From assembly GCA_946565805.1 (NCBI GenBank), contig CAMNWO010000005.1, positions 4,062 to 68,061 on the forward strand: 64,000 nucleotides of DNA. Direction: 5' to 3'. Under the pieces are notes generated by a model. It was not told where the DNA came from, ran no database searches, and saw only the letters and a program-made list of their open reading frames with translations. This document shows positions 1 to 9,496 of this stretch, piece by piece. Source of the DNA: an uncultured Clostridium sp. Its GTDB lineage: Bacteria > Bacillota > Clostridia > TANB77 > CAG-508. Numbering within the stretch: position 1 is the first letter of the stretch; each line of letters begins with the position of its first letter. The translations under genes and the position numbers were made by a program.

Positions 1-2
1 CC

Positions 3-227
3 GCTCATGCCAAAAGAAATGAGTTGCGAGCTTTTGCACAAAGTTTAAATGATTTAAGTTCTGTGTTTATAACACATGGAGAGCCAGAAACACGTAGCAA
101 TTATGGTCAGTATCTAAAAGACTATTTAGATGAGTCGGTTCAGATTTCTAATCTTGACCCAGTGAATGTCTACCGAATTAACGCAAACGGAATAGCAGAT
201 GTATATTCTGCTTATTTCCACACATAA
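3..227 (+). CDS. 3' fragment of an MBL-fold/beta-CASP-type RNA-metabolising hydrolase (5' part outside window)
   Basis: Frame 3 is open from the window edge; the track ORF 24-227 is only its TTG-initiated tail. Translation AHAKRNELRAFAQSL...VFITHGEPE resembles the C-terminal His motif and HGE segment of beta-CASP nucleases. TAA at 225-227 is followed by a hairpin. Confidence 0.4.
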   Translation, partial: AHAKRNELRAFAQSLNDLSSVFITHGEPETRSNYGQYLKDYLDESVQISNLDPVNVYRINANGIADVYSAYFHT

Positions 228-236
228 TCAATCTAT

Positions 237-267
237 AAAAGAGCAAAGTTTTAAGCTTTGCTCTTTT
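237..267. terminator. bidirectional intrinsic terminator between convergent genes
   Basis: Perfect 12-bp stem aaaagagcaaag (237-248) / ctttgctctttt (256-267), with A/T runs on both sides. Confidence 0.7.
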
Positions 268-274
268 TCTGACC

Positions 275-1240
275 TTAAATAATTTCATGTATTTTTTTCA
301 AAATCTCATCATTTACTTCTGTTTTAAAAGTAACAGATATTTTTGACTCTGTTACATTGAATTCTAGCATTTCTAATTTATTTTCTTCTACTATCTCTAA
401 TATTTTCTTTATAATAGAAAAATTTCTTATTATGCCATTTCCAATAACAGAAATCCTAGAGACTTCTTTTTTTACAATACTTTTAACGGTATTTTCTTCG
501 ATTATATCTGATATGACTGTTCCTGGTCTATTGTTAAATGTCGATTTTGTAATGATGGGTACTTTAAATTTTTCTCCAATTTCCACACAACGATTATGCA
601 ATACTTTAGCTCCTTCACTCGAAATTTCTAACATTTCTTCATACGAAACTGCTGGTAGTTTTTTGGCATTTTCTATTTTGTTTGGGTCTGTTGTATAAAC
701 TCCATCTACATCAGAGAAAATATAACAATTTTTAGCTCCTAGAGCTGCCGATATAGCAACTGCTGTTGTATCTGATCCTCCTCTTCCTAATGTTGTAATA
801 TCTTTATTTTCATTCATTCCTTGAAAGCCTGCAATAATAACAATATTTCTTTTTTCTAATTCTCGTTTTATTCTTGCCGTATCAATCCATTTAATTGTTG
901 CATTTTGATTGGTATTATTGGTATAAATTCCTGCTTGCCACCCAGTTAAGGAAACAGCTCGGTATCCCATTTGATTTAATAACATACTTAATTTAGCTGT
1001 TGAAATTTGTTCTCCTGTACTTAACAATACATCCATTTCTCTGTCTTGTGTTATGGAAGATAACTCTTTTGCTTCTGAAATTAGTTTATCTGTTGTTTTT
1101 CCTTGTGCTGAAACTACAACTACAATATTATGATTTTTTTGATATAATCCAATTATTTTTTCAGCTACCATTTTTAGTTTTTCGTTATCAGCAAGAGAAC
1201 TACCTCCAAACTTTAAAACAATTGTGTCCACCTTAATCAC
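275..1240 (-). CDS. lysC: aspartate kinase (short form, single ACT-like tail)
   Basis: KFGGSS near the N-terminus and LGRGGSDTTA match the amino-acid kinase fold. Only ~75 aa of ACT-like sequence follows, so 321 aa is short for this family. Confidence 0.7.
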   Translation of the reverse strand: MIKVDTIVLKFGGSSLADNEKLKMVAEKIIGLYQKNHNIVVVVSAQGKTTDKLISEAKELSSITQDREMDVLLSTGEQISTAKLSMLLNQMGYRAVSLTGWQAGIYTNNTNQNATIKWIDTARIKRELEKRNIVIIAGFQGMNENKDITTLGRGGSDTTAVAISAALGAKNCYIFSDVDGVYTTDPNKIENAKKLPAVSYEEMLEISSEGAKVLHNRCVEIGEKFKVPIITKSTFNNRPGTVISDIIEENTVKSIVKKEVSRISVIGNGIIRNFSIIKKILEIVEENKLEMLEFNVTESKISVTFKTEVNDEILKKIHEII

Positions 1241-1257
1241 TCGCCTTTTGTAAAATA

Positions 1258-1297
1258 ATATAGAGAGCGGATTTTATTTTAAATCTACTCTCTATAT
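1258..1297 (-). terminator. long hairpin downstream of prfB
   Basis: atatagagag (1258-1267) pairs with ctctctatat (1288-1297), with an inner ggattt/aaatct extension. On the minus strand it is followed by AUUAUUUUAC. Confidence 0.5.
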
Positions 1298-1322
1298 TGT
1301 ATGTTATAATTGTTTAAAAAGT

Positions 1323-2424
1323 TTATAATTTCAGTTTCAAATAGCTTTCCATAAATTCATCAATTTCTCCATCCATAACTGCTTGTACATTTCCAACTTC
1401 ATAATTGGTTCTGTGGTCTTTTACCATCGTATAAGGACAAAATACATAAGAACGAATTTGACTTCCCCATGCAATATCCATTTGGACACCTTTTAAATCC
1501 TCAATTTTTTCTTTTTGTTCTTTTTCTTTTAAATCTAATAATTTGGATTTTAACATTTTCATCGCAGTTTCTCTATTTTGAATTTGTGAACGTTCTGATT
1601 GACAAGCTACCACAATGTTGGTTGGTATATGTGTTATTCTTACTGCTGAAGAGGTTTTGTTGATATGTTGCCCTCCTGCTCCTGAAGCACGATAGGTATC
1701 CACTCTTAAGTCATCTGGATTAATTTCTAATTCAATGTCATCTGTTATTTCTGGTAAAACCTCCAAAGAGGCAAAAGATGTATGCCTTCTTCCTCCACTG
1801 TCAAAAGGAGAAATTCTTACTAATCGATGAACTCCCATTTCAGATTTCATGTAACCATAAGCATTTTCCCCTACAATTTCAAAAGTTACACTTTTTATCC
1901 CAGCTTCTTCTCCTTCTAAGTAATCTAATTCTTTCACTTCATAATTATTTTTATTAGCCCATCTGGTATACATACGGTATAACATCTCTGCCCAGTCTTG
2001 CGATTCTGTTCCTCCTGCTCCTGGATGAATGGTAACAATTGCATTGTTGTTATCATATTTTCCAGATAGAAAAGTAGCAACTTCAAATTTCTCAATTTGT
2101 TTTTGTGTTTTATTTGTATTTCTTAGAATTTCTTTTGCAATTTCTTCATCTGGCTCTAGTTCTACTAATTCAGTTAGTTCTTCTAAATTATTAATTTCAT
2201 TTTTTATTTCAGTATATTGATTGGTTTTATTCTTGATTGCCTTTATTTTAGCTAATACTTTGCTGGAACTTTTGCTATCTCCCCAAAAATTCTCTTCCAT
2301 TGTTTTCTTTTCTAGTTCTTCTAATTGTTTATTTAGCTCAGCAATGTCAAAGAGATTCACCCAATTCTTGTAGTTTTTGTTTTAAAGCTTGAAGTATTTT
2401 TGTGTTTTCTTCTAACTCTAACAT
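1323..2424 (-). CDS. prfB: peptide chain release factor 2, expressed through a programmed +1 frameshift
   Basis: SPF (SPFDSGGRRHTSFA) and GGQ (GAGGQHINKT) motifs. ATG at 2422-2424 follows AAGGAGAG; 25 codons (MLELEENTKILQALKQKLQELGESL) end at in-frame TGA 2347-2349; the +1 frame continues as DIAELNK... to 1323. Confidence 0.93.
2346..2352 (-). promoter_or_regulatory. RF2 autoregulatory +1 frameshift site CTT TGA C
   Basis: Minus-strand sequence TTGGGTGAATCT CTT TGA C. The slippery CUU-U plus UGA-C context is identical to the canonical prfB site. Confidence 0.9.
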
Positions 2425-2447
2425 GTTTATCACTCTCCTTCTTTATT

Positions 2448-2476
2448 ATCATATCTTATTTTCTTTTTTAATTCAA
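2448..2476 (-). promoter_or_regulatory. candidate sigma-A promoter for prfB
   Basis: Minus strand TTGAAT (2471-2476), 17-nt spacer, TATGAT (2448-2453); it lies just downstream of the island terminator. Confidence 0.4.
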
Positions 2477-2491
2477 GTACATTTATTTCAT

Positions 2492-2527
2492 TTTAAAAAA
2501 ACCTGCCAATATTAATTGGCAGGTTTG
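2492..2527 (-). terminator. intrinsic terminator ending the kinase operon
   Basis: Stem aaacctgccaat / attggcaggttt with loop ttaa; on the minus strand it is followed by TTTTTTTAAAA. Confidence 0.85.
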
Positions 2528-2541
2528 ATGCGCATGCTCTC

Positions 2542-5500
2542 CTATTTCTTAGAAACATCATATAGAACATAATCTGTTATCACACTGAAACCTCGAGAGT
2601 TAAAGTTGCACAAACGTGAATTTGGAGTCATAATTGTGCACTCCATCTTCTTGTGGGTCATTTTATTTGTTTTGATAATGTACAGATTGTCTTGACTAGG
2701 AATGTAAATAACTCCCTTATTAAAGGCGACATTTTTCACATTCATGTCATTAACATCTGCTGGAATTTGACCTTCTGTGTAATGTCCATTTGATGCGTTA
2801 ATGATAAGAAACTTTCCTTTCGTACTAATTACTAGCCACATCTTTGAGACATCATCATAAAGAATGTTGTACTTAGAATTGGAATTCGAATCGATTTGGC
2901 AAAGCTCTTCGCTATTGCAATAAATCTTATCTCTTCCCTCTTTGTCGCGCTTAACTTGCATAAACTTTGCATTGAATTGTACCAAAAAACCAACGGTTTC
3001 CTGGTTTTTCAAGAATTTGATTTTATCTCGTCCTATGACATCAATTAAACCAAACTCAATCCTGTGGATAATATTTTCTCTACTTATGTAAAGAACATTA
3101 TCATTTACTACAACGTTATCTGTATCATAGCAGAATTTCTCTTCAAAAATTTGATGGTCTGACCTGATGTCAAATCCAACAATTCTATTTGAGTATACTG
3201 CCAAAGCAAGGGTATAACCATATAAAGGCAAAATATCGATAATTTCCATACAATTTGGAAAATGTGCATAATGTTCTGCTTTGTCATCTAATATAGTAGC
3301 ATAATAATCATTACTTTCTCTGCCTATAGCAGAACAAGTATTGATAATGCGAACTACATTTCTGGAAAAAGGATTGTTCTTTTTGGCAATAAACTTCGAA
3401 CCAATTGGAATAATATCTTTCTTTTCTGTATTTCCTGTATATAGAGCTTGATATTGTGCCTTAAGTTCTGGAACAATGCTACGTCTAAGATCTCCTTCGA
3501 AAGTGTTCAAAAAAACATTTTTCAGATCATCTCTCATCCAATCATCCCATGGTACTGCAATAGGAGGGATGGCTATGCCATGATTTCCTAAAAGAGATAA
3601 ACGGCGTTCCATTCTTTCGGGAATTTCTAAAATGTGTCCATCTACCTCATAAACCCCATTGAAAGGATGTATAAAAGTGAGATAGTGAAATGCTTGAACA
3701 GCCATTGAATACCAGTCATCTTTTTTAGTAATATTACCATTATTCTTAGATACTGGGTCAATATATCCATCTGTCCAAAAGATTGGCGAAATATTATCTA
3801 CACCCATTCCATCAAAGTCCAAAAAATATACGTTTTTGTCCTTATCAAAAAGAATATTTCCACCATTCAAATCACCAATAAAGATATTTGCCTTATCATG
3901 TAAAGTTTGAACTCCTTCACTTATTGTAATTAAAATTTCGAGTATATCTTTACGAGTAATACCTAAATCGTTTACTTGCTTCGTATCACATAAAGCAGAG
4001 ATTGGCTCGCCCTTTACTTTTTGATCCATGATATAGCCTAAGATCTTATTCGTTTTTTTGTCAACCAGAATTTTCTTGGGAAAAATGTACTTAAACTTAT
4101 GATTTTGCTGGTTGATTTCTTCCAAGATTTCTGTTTTTGCTATAATAGCAGAGAGAATTTTGCTCTTAAAAGAATAATCAATTTGATCTTCTTTGAAAAC
4201 TTTTGCAACACTATTATTTTTATATTCATATATAATAGCCTCTCCGCCTTGACCAAATTCTTTCCAATCAGAAATATTAGAAGAATTTACATACTTAATG
4301 TCTAGCTTTTTCATTTTCGTTCTATCCACACATCTAGGGCAGAATAAATCGTCAGCCTTATAATAAATTTTGTGAATAGAACAATACATGGTTAAAGTTT
4401 CAGCATATTCACCAAGTAAATTTAGAAGGTAGTCTATATTTCCTCTTTTTACCCAATTTACAGCAGAGATATCAATATCCTTATCTAAGTTAATCACATT
4501 AAGGATGTACTGGCATGTCCATTTTAATGTATTGGCCTGCTTTCCTTCTTCTCCCAAAAATTCAACATTAACAATTTGTACTTGTCCCTTATAGTTCTTA
4601 CTTAAGAAAACATCACCAAATGGATTTTGAATGAAATATAGCTGATTGTTAACAAGCTCTTTTACTTGTAAAATCAACCGTATTAAACACTTAATTCTTG
4701 GCAAGTTTTTTAAGTTCTCCACATCTTTTATGTCTTTAAAATCTAAATTGTCAAAATCGATAGCATTATAAAGATATCCTATAAATTTTTGATTACTAGC
4801 TGATAAAGCTTTTTTGTAAGGAAGGAAACAATCTTGCTGTAATGGATAAGCTTCTTCGCTCATTCTTCTAGTAATTATTTTATCAATATTTGCTTCCATT
4901 TTTGCCATATTAAGACTTTCTTCTTTATAAACTTTGAGATTATACTCACAAGAAAGTTTATAATGAATAGCATAGTTATCCTCAAAAACTTTAGCTAAAT
5001 TTTCTAACTCATCCTGTTGTATTATTTGACGTGTCTTCAAGCAAACTGGACACATTTGTTTTGAGCTATCATAATAAATTTTGTGTTCTTCACAATATGC
5101 ATCCATTTCCTCAGCAAGACAAATCAAATAGGATTCATAGTCGTAGAGGGACTCGTGTAAACCTAAATCCACAAAGGCATTTTCATTATACCCTCTGTTT
5201 GTTAATTGCTTAAAGAATTTTTTAATAAATTCTAATGTTGAGTCCTCACCACTTCTTAAGATTTCAAAAACTTCATCTAGTTTATTGATATAGAAGAAAA
5301 ACTCATCATCCCGCAAAGTTATATAAATATTTGACAAATGGATAAAGTATCTACCAAAGTTAGTCATTAACATCCCCGCGATTTGCAATATTTCCTTGTT
5401 GTTGTATTTTAAGAAACTATCCATTGTGATTGGCTCTCCAAAGAAAGGTGTTGTTATATACCCTGAAACATAATATAAATTATCTGAATTGAGATCGAAA

Positions 5501-7182
5501 GAATAAATAATTTCCGATATTTCAACAAATTCTACATATTTATTAAAGCCGTAAAATTTATTCGCAATCTCATCATCCAAAGAGTTCATTTTGCGTGCTA
5601 GCGTATAAATGTTTTCTCTCTTATTAAAAGTTACTACAAGTCTTCCATCTGGTAGCCTTTCTTTTGTATTTCTTTCCATCTTAACGTTGTACCTATCCTT
5701 CACTTCTTGTTCAAATGCGAAGGGAATCGTCTCCAATGGATTGTATAAAAAATTTCTGTCAAACAACAAGTTCTTATCAATAGGTTTCCCATCGTACAGG
5801 ATAAAGCTATTAAATTTCTCAGTTGCTCTATCAATGTCTACTTTTTTTGCCATAACAAAGTTATAGAATTCTTTTGCAAGCCTAGGAGACAGATATCGAA
5901 CTTCCTTTTTCTCATAAAGAGTTAACTTGTCTGAAATTTCACCATACGTTTTTTCTAAATAAGCACGAAGCAATTTGAAAAATAGCATGGTAATATCTTC
6001 GTCTATCTTTTGAGGACTTTCTGAAACAAGTCTAAACAAGCTATCAACTTCAACAATTTTAAAATTATTGTTTGGATAACACACTACTTCTGTTTCTATG
6101 TCAAATTCATGTTTATCTGTTTCAAACTCAGAATGTGCTTTTACACATAGTCCATGAAGATAACTGCTTAACTTAGAAACAAAATCAAGAATATCAGCTT
6201 GGCTTTCAAATGCAACATCTAAAATTGCTGATTTATTTTTACCTGCTGTGCATTCATATTCATATCCAATAATGTTATCATCAAAATCAACAACGAAAGT
6301 TTTAAAACAGTCTTCCAAATCTTCCCTTGTACAATTAAGAAATCCTTCGTTTGTCCCACTCTTTAAAAGTTCGCTAAACTTATTATCCATTTCTCGATAG
6401 ATTTTTATACGGTTATCATAAATGGTATAGTTTTCTGTCTTCTCTGTTACTGGCAATTTATTACTGAAATTGGAGTCACCAATAATATATACATTAGGCT
6501 GGTAGGATGATAGAAAACGTATTATGCCTTCCTTTTGTAAAACTAAATCAATATTTGGAATAGTTCCATTTGCACAATAGTTATAACACATTTGAATAAT
6601 TGACATGCCATAAGGAAAATCACGTAATCTACAAATTTCATTTTTTTCAATGATTGTCTGGTAAAATTCTTCCATGTTATCTTCACCTGAAAGTACATAA
6701 TGAACATATTTTATAAGACATCCATTTTCTGTACCCCCAAGTTTAAAAAATGAAAGAAAACTAGATAAATAGATACATGTTTCCTTATTAAAAACAGTCT
6801 CATCAATGGTATACCCCTTTTCCTGCATTTTCTGTGCAAAAGAAACTAGTTCTTGAAGCTTTTCAAAGTCTCCTAGTTGTTTCCACTCCTCTACTAAATA
6901 GGATTGCATATCAGCAAATAACATTTGCACACAATTTGATTTATCAGCTATAAAATCTGTAACTTTAAAATCAATATGCTTCTTAGATGAAATCGTTTCT
7001 TTCCATTGTTTTAAACTTTTTACAACGGGAAAAATCCTTTTTCCAACTTCTTTGTCTTCTAGCAAGACAACTATTTTGCCATCCCGATAATAGATTTTTT
7101 CTTTGCCAATAACTTCAGATACTAATTGATAAGAGCTTTTTTCAAAATTATTGAAAATAAATTTTTTAAATTTATCATTCAT
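2542..7182 (-). CDS. giant Ser/Thr protein kinase: N-terminal region, degenerate kinase-like repeats, two Zn-ribbons, one active Hanks-type kinase, beta-rich C-terminal domain
   Basis: AAAGGAGA SD precedes ATG 7182. Kinase motifs: GQGGEA (4237-4254), AKVFK, IGDLNGGN, DFDGMG (DFD 3811-3819), GYIDP, DDWYSMAV. CxxH..CPxC knuckles lie at 5041-5094 and 4330-4383. Confidence 0.8.
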   Translation of the reverse strand: MNDKFKKFIFNNFEKSSYQLVSEVIGKEKIYYRDGKIVVLLEDKEVGKRIFPVVKSLKQWKETISSKKHIDFKVTDFIADKSNCVQMLFADMQSYLVEEWKQLGDFEKLQELVSFAQKMQEKGYTIDETVFNKETCIYLSSFLSFFKLGGTENGCLIKYVHYVLSGEDNMEEFYQTIIEKNEICRLRDFPYGMSIIQMCYNYCANGTIPNIDLVLQKEGIIRFLSSYQPNVYIIGDSNFSNKLPVTEKTENYTIYDNRIKIYREMDNKFSELLKSGTNEGFLNCTREDLEDCFKTFVVDFDDNIIGYEYECTAGKNKSAILDVAFESQADILDFVSKLSSYLHGLCVKAHSEFETDKHEFDIETEVVCYPNNNFKIVEVDSLFRLVSESPQKIDEDITMLFFKLLRAYLEKTYGEISDKLTLYEKKEVRYLSPRLAKEFYNFVMAKKVDIDRATEKFNSFILYDGKPIDKNLLFDRNFLYNPLETIPFAFEQEVKDRYNVKMERNTKERLPDGRLVVTFNKRENIYTLARKMNSLDDEIANKFYGFNKYVEFVEISEIIYSFDLNSDNLYYVSGYITTPFFGEPITMDSFLKYNNKEILQIAGMLMTNFGRYFIHLSNIYITLRDDEFFFYINKLDEVFEILRSGEDSTLEFIKKFFKQLTNRGYNENAFVDLGLHESLYDYESYLICLAEEMDAYCEEHKIYYDSSKQMCPVCLKTRQIIQQDELENLAKVFEDNYAIHYKLSCEYNLKVYKEESLNMAKMEANIDKIITRRMSEEAYPLQQDCFLPYKKALSASNQKFIGYLYNAIDFDNLDFKDIKDVENLKNLPRIKCLIRLILQVKELVNNQLYFIQNPFGDVFLSKNYKGQVQIVNVEFLGEEGKQANTLKWTCQYILNVINLDKDIDISAVNWVKRGNIDYLLNLLGEYAETLTMYCSIHKIYYKADDLFCPRCVDRTKMKKLDIKYVNSSNISDWKEFGQGGEAIIYEYKNNSVAKVFKEDQIDYSFKSKILSAIIAKTEILEEINQQNHKFKYIFPKKILVDKKTNKILGYIMDQKVKGEPISALCDTKQVNDLGITRKDILEILITISEGVQTLHDKANIFIGDLNGGNILFDKDKNVYFLDFDGMGVDNISPIFWTDGYIDPVSKNNGNITKKDDWYSMAVQAFHYLTFIHPFNGVYEVDGHILEIPERMERRLSLLGNHGIAIPPIAVPWDDWMRDDLKNVFLNTFEGDLRRSIVPELKAQYQALYTGNTEKKDIIPIGSKFIAKKNNPFSRNVVRIINTCSAIGRESNDYYATILDDKAEHYAHFPNCMEIIDILPLYGYTLALAVYSNRIVGFDIRSDHQIFEEKFCYDTDNVVVNDNVLYISRENIIHRIEFGLIDVIGRDKIKFLKNQETVGFLVQFNAKFMQVKRDKEGRDKIYCNSEELCQIDSNSNSKYNILYDDVSKMWLVISTKGKFLIINASNGHYTEGQIPADVNDMNVKNVAFNKGVIYIPSQDNLYIIKTNKMTHKKMECTIMTPNSRLCNFNSRGFSVITDYVLYDVSKK

Positions 7183-7205
7183 AAGTTTTCTCCTTTTTTA
7201 GTCTG

Positions 7206-7227
7206 TAGGGGGAATTACATCCCCCTA
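7206..7227 (-). promoter_or_regulatory. GC-rich intercistronic stem-loop between the vWA stop and the kinase SD
   Basis: taggggga (7206-7213) / tcccccta (7220-7227) form a perfect 8-bp stem with a 6-nt loop. No U-tract follows on the minus strand, so it is not a classical terminator. Confidence 0.5.
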
Positions 7228-7231
7228 TCCC

Positions 7232-7939
7232 TTATATTGCATCAATCCAATCATCGTCTTCTAAGGCTTGAGCTGTTCTTTGAGAATATCCCTGGGACTG
7301 ACTCGAATGCATTCCCTGACTAAAGAAGTCCGCTCCCAAAGATTTATAGCTCTGTGATTGCTCTTTACATGAATTAGGAAGAGTAACTCCAAGGAAGTTT
7401 AAGAGTGCAGATCGATTTGTTACATCAACAGTTGCCTTAAATCCCAGCTTTCTCCCATATTCTGCGCTAATGTCTTTACCGAATGCTGCAAATGCTGTAT
7501 CTATTCCAGAATAGTTCATTCTAGCAACAGCTTTTCTTCCCTGTTCATCTGTCATTTTATCACGACAAGGTTCTCCGTCTGAAAAGCACACAAAAGTTGC
7601 TCTTGGAACGATTCCTGTACGTTTAACAACTTCACGAACGTAGTTGCAAAGAAGATCTGCAGATTTTGAAATCGAATAATTCAGTGCAGTTGCTCCATCT
7701 GCATAATAATGGTCACTCATCTCACTTACTGGTCTAAATTCACCAGGATAAAACTCCCCATTAAACCGACAAACAGATACAGCAATAGAATTTTTTAAAT
7801 AAAATGTCTCAAAGCTGTCCTTAAATAACCCAATGCCTTTTCGACAATTGCGTACATCATCACACATAGACCCTGATGAGTCCAGAAGTAGTACATAAGC
7901 ATTAATCCTATCTGAAGAAAAATCATAAAAGTTAGCCAT
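7232..7939 (-). CDS. von Willebrand factor A (TerY-like) protein with intact MIDAS
   Basis: LLLDSSGSM (DSSGS at 7868-7882), ADGATAL, CFSDGEP. GGAGG lies 8 nt before ATG 7939, so the track start at 7954 is probably too long. Confidence 0.8.
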   Translation of the reverse strand: MANFYDFSSDRINAYVLLLDSSGSMCDDVRNCRKGIGLFKDSFETFYLKNSIAVSVCRFNGEFYPGEFRPVSEMSDHYYADGATALNYSISKSADLLCNYVREVVKRTGIVPRATFVCFSDGEPCRDKMTDEQGRKAVARMNYSGIDTAFAAFGKDISAEYGRKLGFKATVDVTNRSALLNFLGVTLPNSCKEQSQSYKSLGADFFSQGMHSSQSQGYSQRTAQALEDDDWIDAI

Positions 7940-7955
7940 CGTTTTTACCTCCATT

Positions 7956-9476
7956 TTATAAGTTGTTTGTGTTTGTTTGTAAGTTACTTAATACATTTTC
8001 TAAACCGTTAAAGTAAAAAGAATTTAAAAATACCTTATTATTTTCTACTTTAAAATCGAAATTTAAATTTCGAAGTGTTTGAACAATTTTTGTTTCATTG
8101 TTATCCAAATGAAAAATAACGACATATTCCTTATTAGCAATATTTAGTACTTTTTGTTTCTTTTCTGTAATGGTTTTTGAATGATAAGGATATTTTGTAA
8201 TATATTTCTGGATGTGGCTACTAAGATCATTTGAAGTGTTTTTTACTACCCCAAGTGTATCAAAAAGCACCAATAAGAAATAAATTTCTTTGTAAGTAAT
8301 ATCCTCTGATAAGTTTTCTAGTAGTTTCATCAGTAACCATACACGTTCATCGTGTGTTTTGGCAAAAATACTTACTAAGGCTACCTTTGCTGTATCAATA
8401 GGAGAAACTAAGACTTCTTCTTCGTCTACTGTTATATCCATTCCAGCAATCAATTTCACCTTAATTTTTTCTTCCGCAACTTTGCTAAGCTTTAACATCT
8501 CAAACAAATCTGTTTCAAATGTTAAAATTTCATTCCAAAAATTATTCTCTAAGAGCATTTTTTTGGAATCTTTTAAATCAATAAGATGCGTAAGTAGTTT
8601 TTCTGATCTCATTTTTAGAGCTTTGTAATATCCGTCATTAGAAATGAAAGGTAAAAGCTCAAGTAAGTCAGATAACTCATTCTTTAGGAATGCCATATAA
8701 ACAGTTCCATAATCGAATTCATCAAAGTCTGACATCATAACAGAAGTTTCCTTAAGCAATATATTAGGCGATTTATCAGAGTTACGCACATTAGATTTGA
8801 AAATTTGATAATCTACATATGACAATAACTCTATTACTCGTTCTTTCAACTGCTGGTCTGCTAAAATATAATAGCAATTCTTGAATTCTTCTACAATCTC
8901 TCTTTCCTTCTGAATCGCTTTTTCGAGCTGTAAGCAAACCTTTGCTTTTTCACATTCTTTCGAATGGATTATCGAAACGTTGTATAAAATATTCAATTTT
9001 TTAATTAGTCGCTGTAAGCGCTTTGAGATAATGTGAAACTTTACCGTGCTTTCAATGAACTTTCGAATATCCTTTTGAAGCCTAACTATCTCATCGATTT
9101 TGGAAGTATCACTATCTGGATCAATTTCAAAAGTTAGTAATTTTTTGAGTTCTTCCAAACTTGAATTGTACGAAGCTCTTAAATTTTCTATCCTTTGCAA
9201 AAATCCATTGTATTCTTCCGGAAAATCATTTTCGAAGATAGCAATTTCTTGCAGAAGTTCGTAAAGCTTTGTCATTAATGTCCTCTTGGCAACATTTATG
9301 CGTTCTTGCATTTCTTCTTCTGCTACTTCCTCGTTAAGGTTATCAACAGAAGTATCACTTTGCTCGGTAGTACCTTCTGGCATAGCAAGTGCAGGAATAT
9401 TATTTTCCGCCGTTTCTAAAGAAAATGGGGGAAAAATATTGTTAAAAAAATCATAAATTTTTTGCATAAAAGTCAC
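7956..9476 (-). CDS. 506-aa predicted all-helical/coiled-coil protein of unknown function
   Basis: GTG start 8 nt after AGGAGG. Acidic N-terminus and heptad-like Leu/Ile/Lys/Glu-rich sequence; I recognise no motif. Tightly packed between the two vWA genes. Confidence 0.6.
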   Translation of the reverse strand: MTFMQKIYDFFNNIFPPFSLETAENNIPALAMPEGTTEQSDTSVDNLNEEVAEEEMQERINVAKRTLMTKLYELLQEIAIFENDFPEEYNGFLQRIENLRASYNSSLEELKKLLTFEIDPDSDTSKIDEIVRLQKDIRKFIESTVKFHIISKRLQRLIKKLNILYNVSIIHSKECEKAKVCLQLEKAIQKEREIVEEFKNCYYILADQQLKERVIELLSYVDYQIFKSNVRNSDKSPNILLKETSVMMSDFDEFDYGTVYMAFLKNELSDLLELLPFISNDGYYKALKMRSEKLLTHLIDLKDSKKMLLENNFWNEILTFETDLFEMLKLSKVAEEKIKVKLIAGMDITVDEEEVLVSPIDTAKVALVSIFAKTHDERVWLLMKLLENLSEDITYKEIYFLLVLFDTLGVVKNTSNDLSSHIQKYITKYPYHSKTITEKKQKVLNIANKEYVVIFHLDNNETKIVQTLRNLNFDFKVENNKVFLNSFYFNGLENVLSNLQTNTNNL

Positions 9477-9496
9477 GTTATATTCCTCCTATCCTC

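Noticed and set aside
357-698. Numerous 60-216-aa ORFs in the track lying antisense to, or out of frame within, long well-supported genes. Examples: 357-698, 1000-1236, 8359-8628, 12484-12879, 13194-13475, 30081-30473, 39784-40434, 53190-53537, 62321-62644.
   Set aside because: They are shadow ORFs typical of AT-rich DNA: low-complexity Leu/Phe/Ser/Ile-rich translations, no SD, and fully overlapped by genes with strong motif support.
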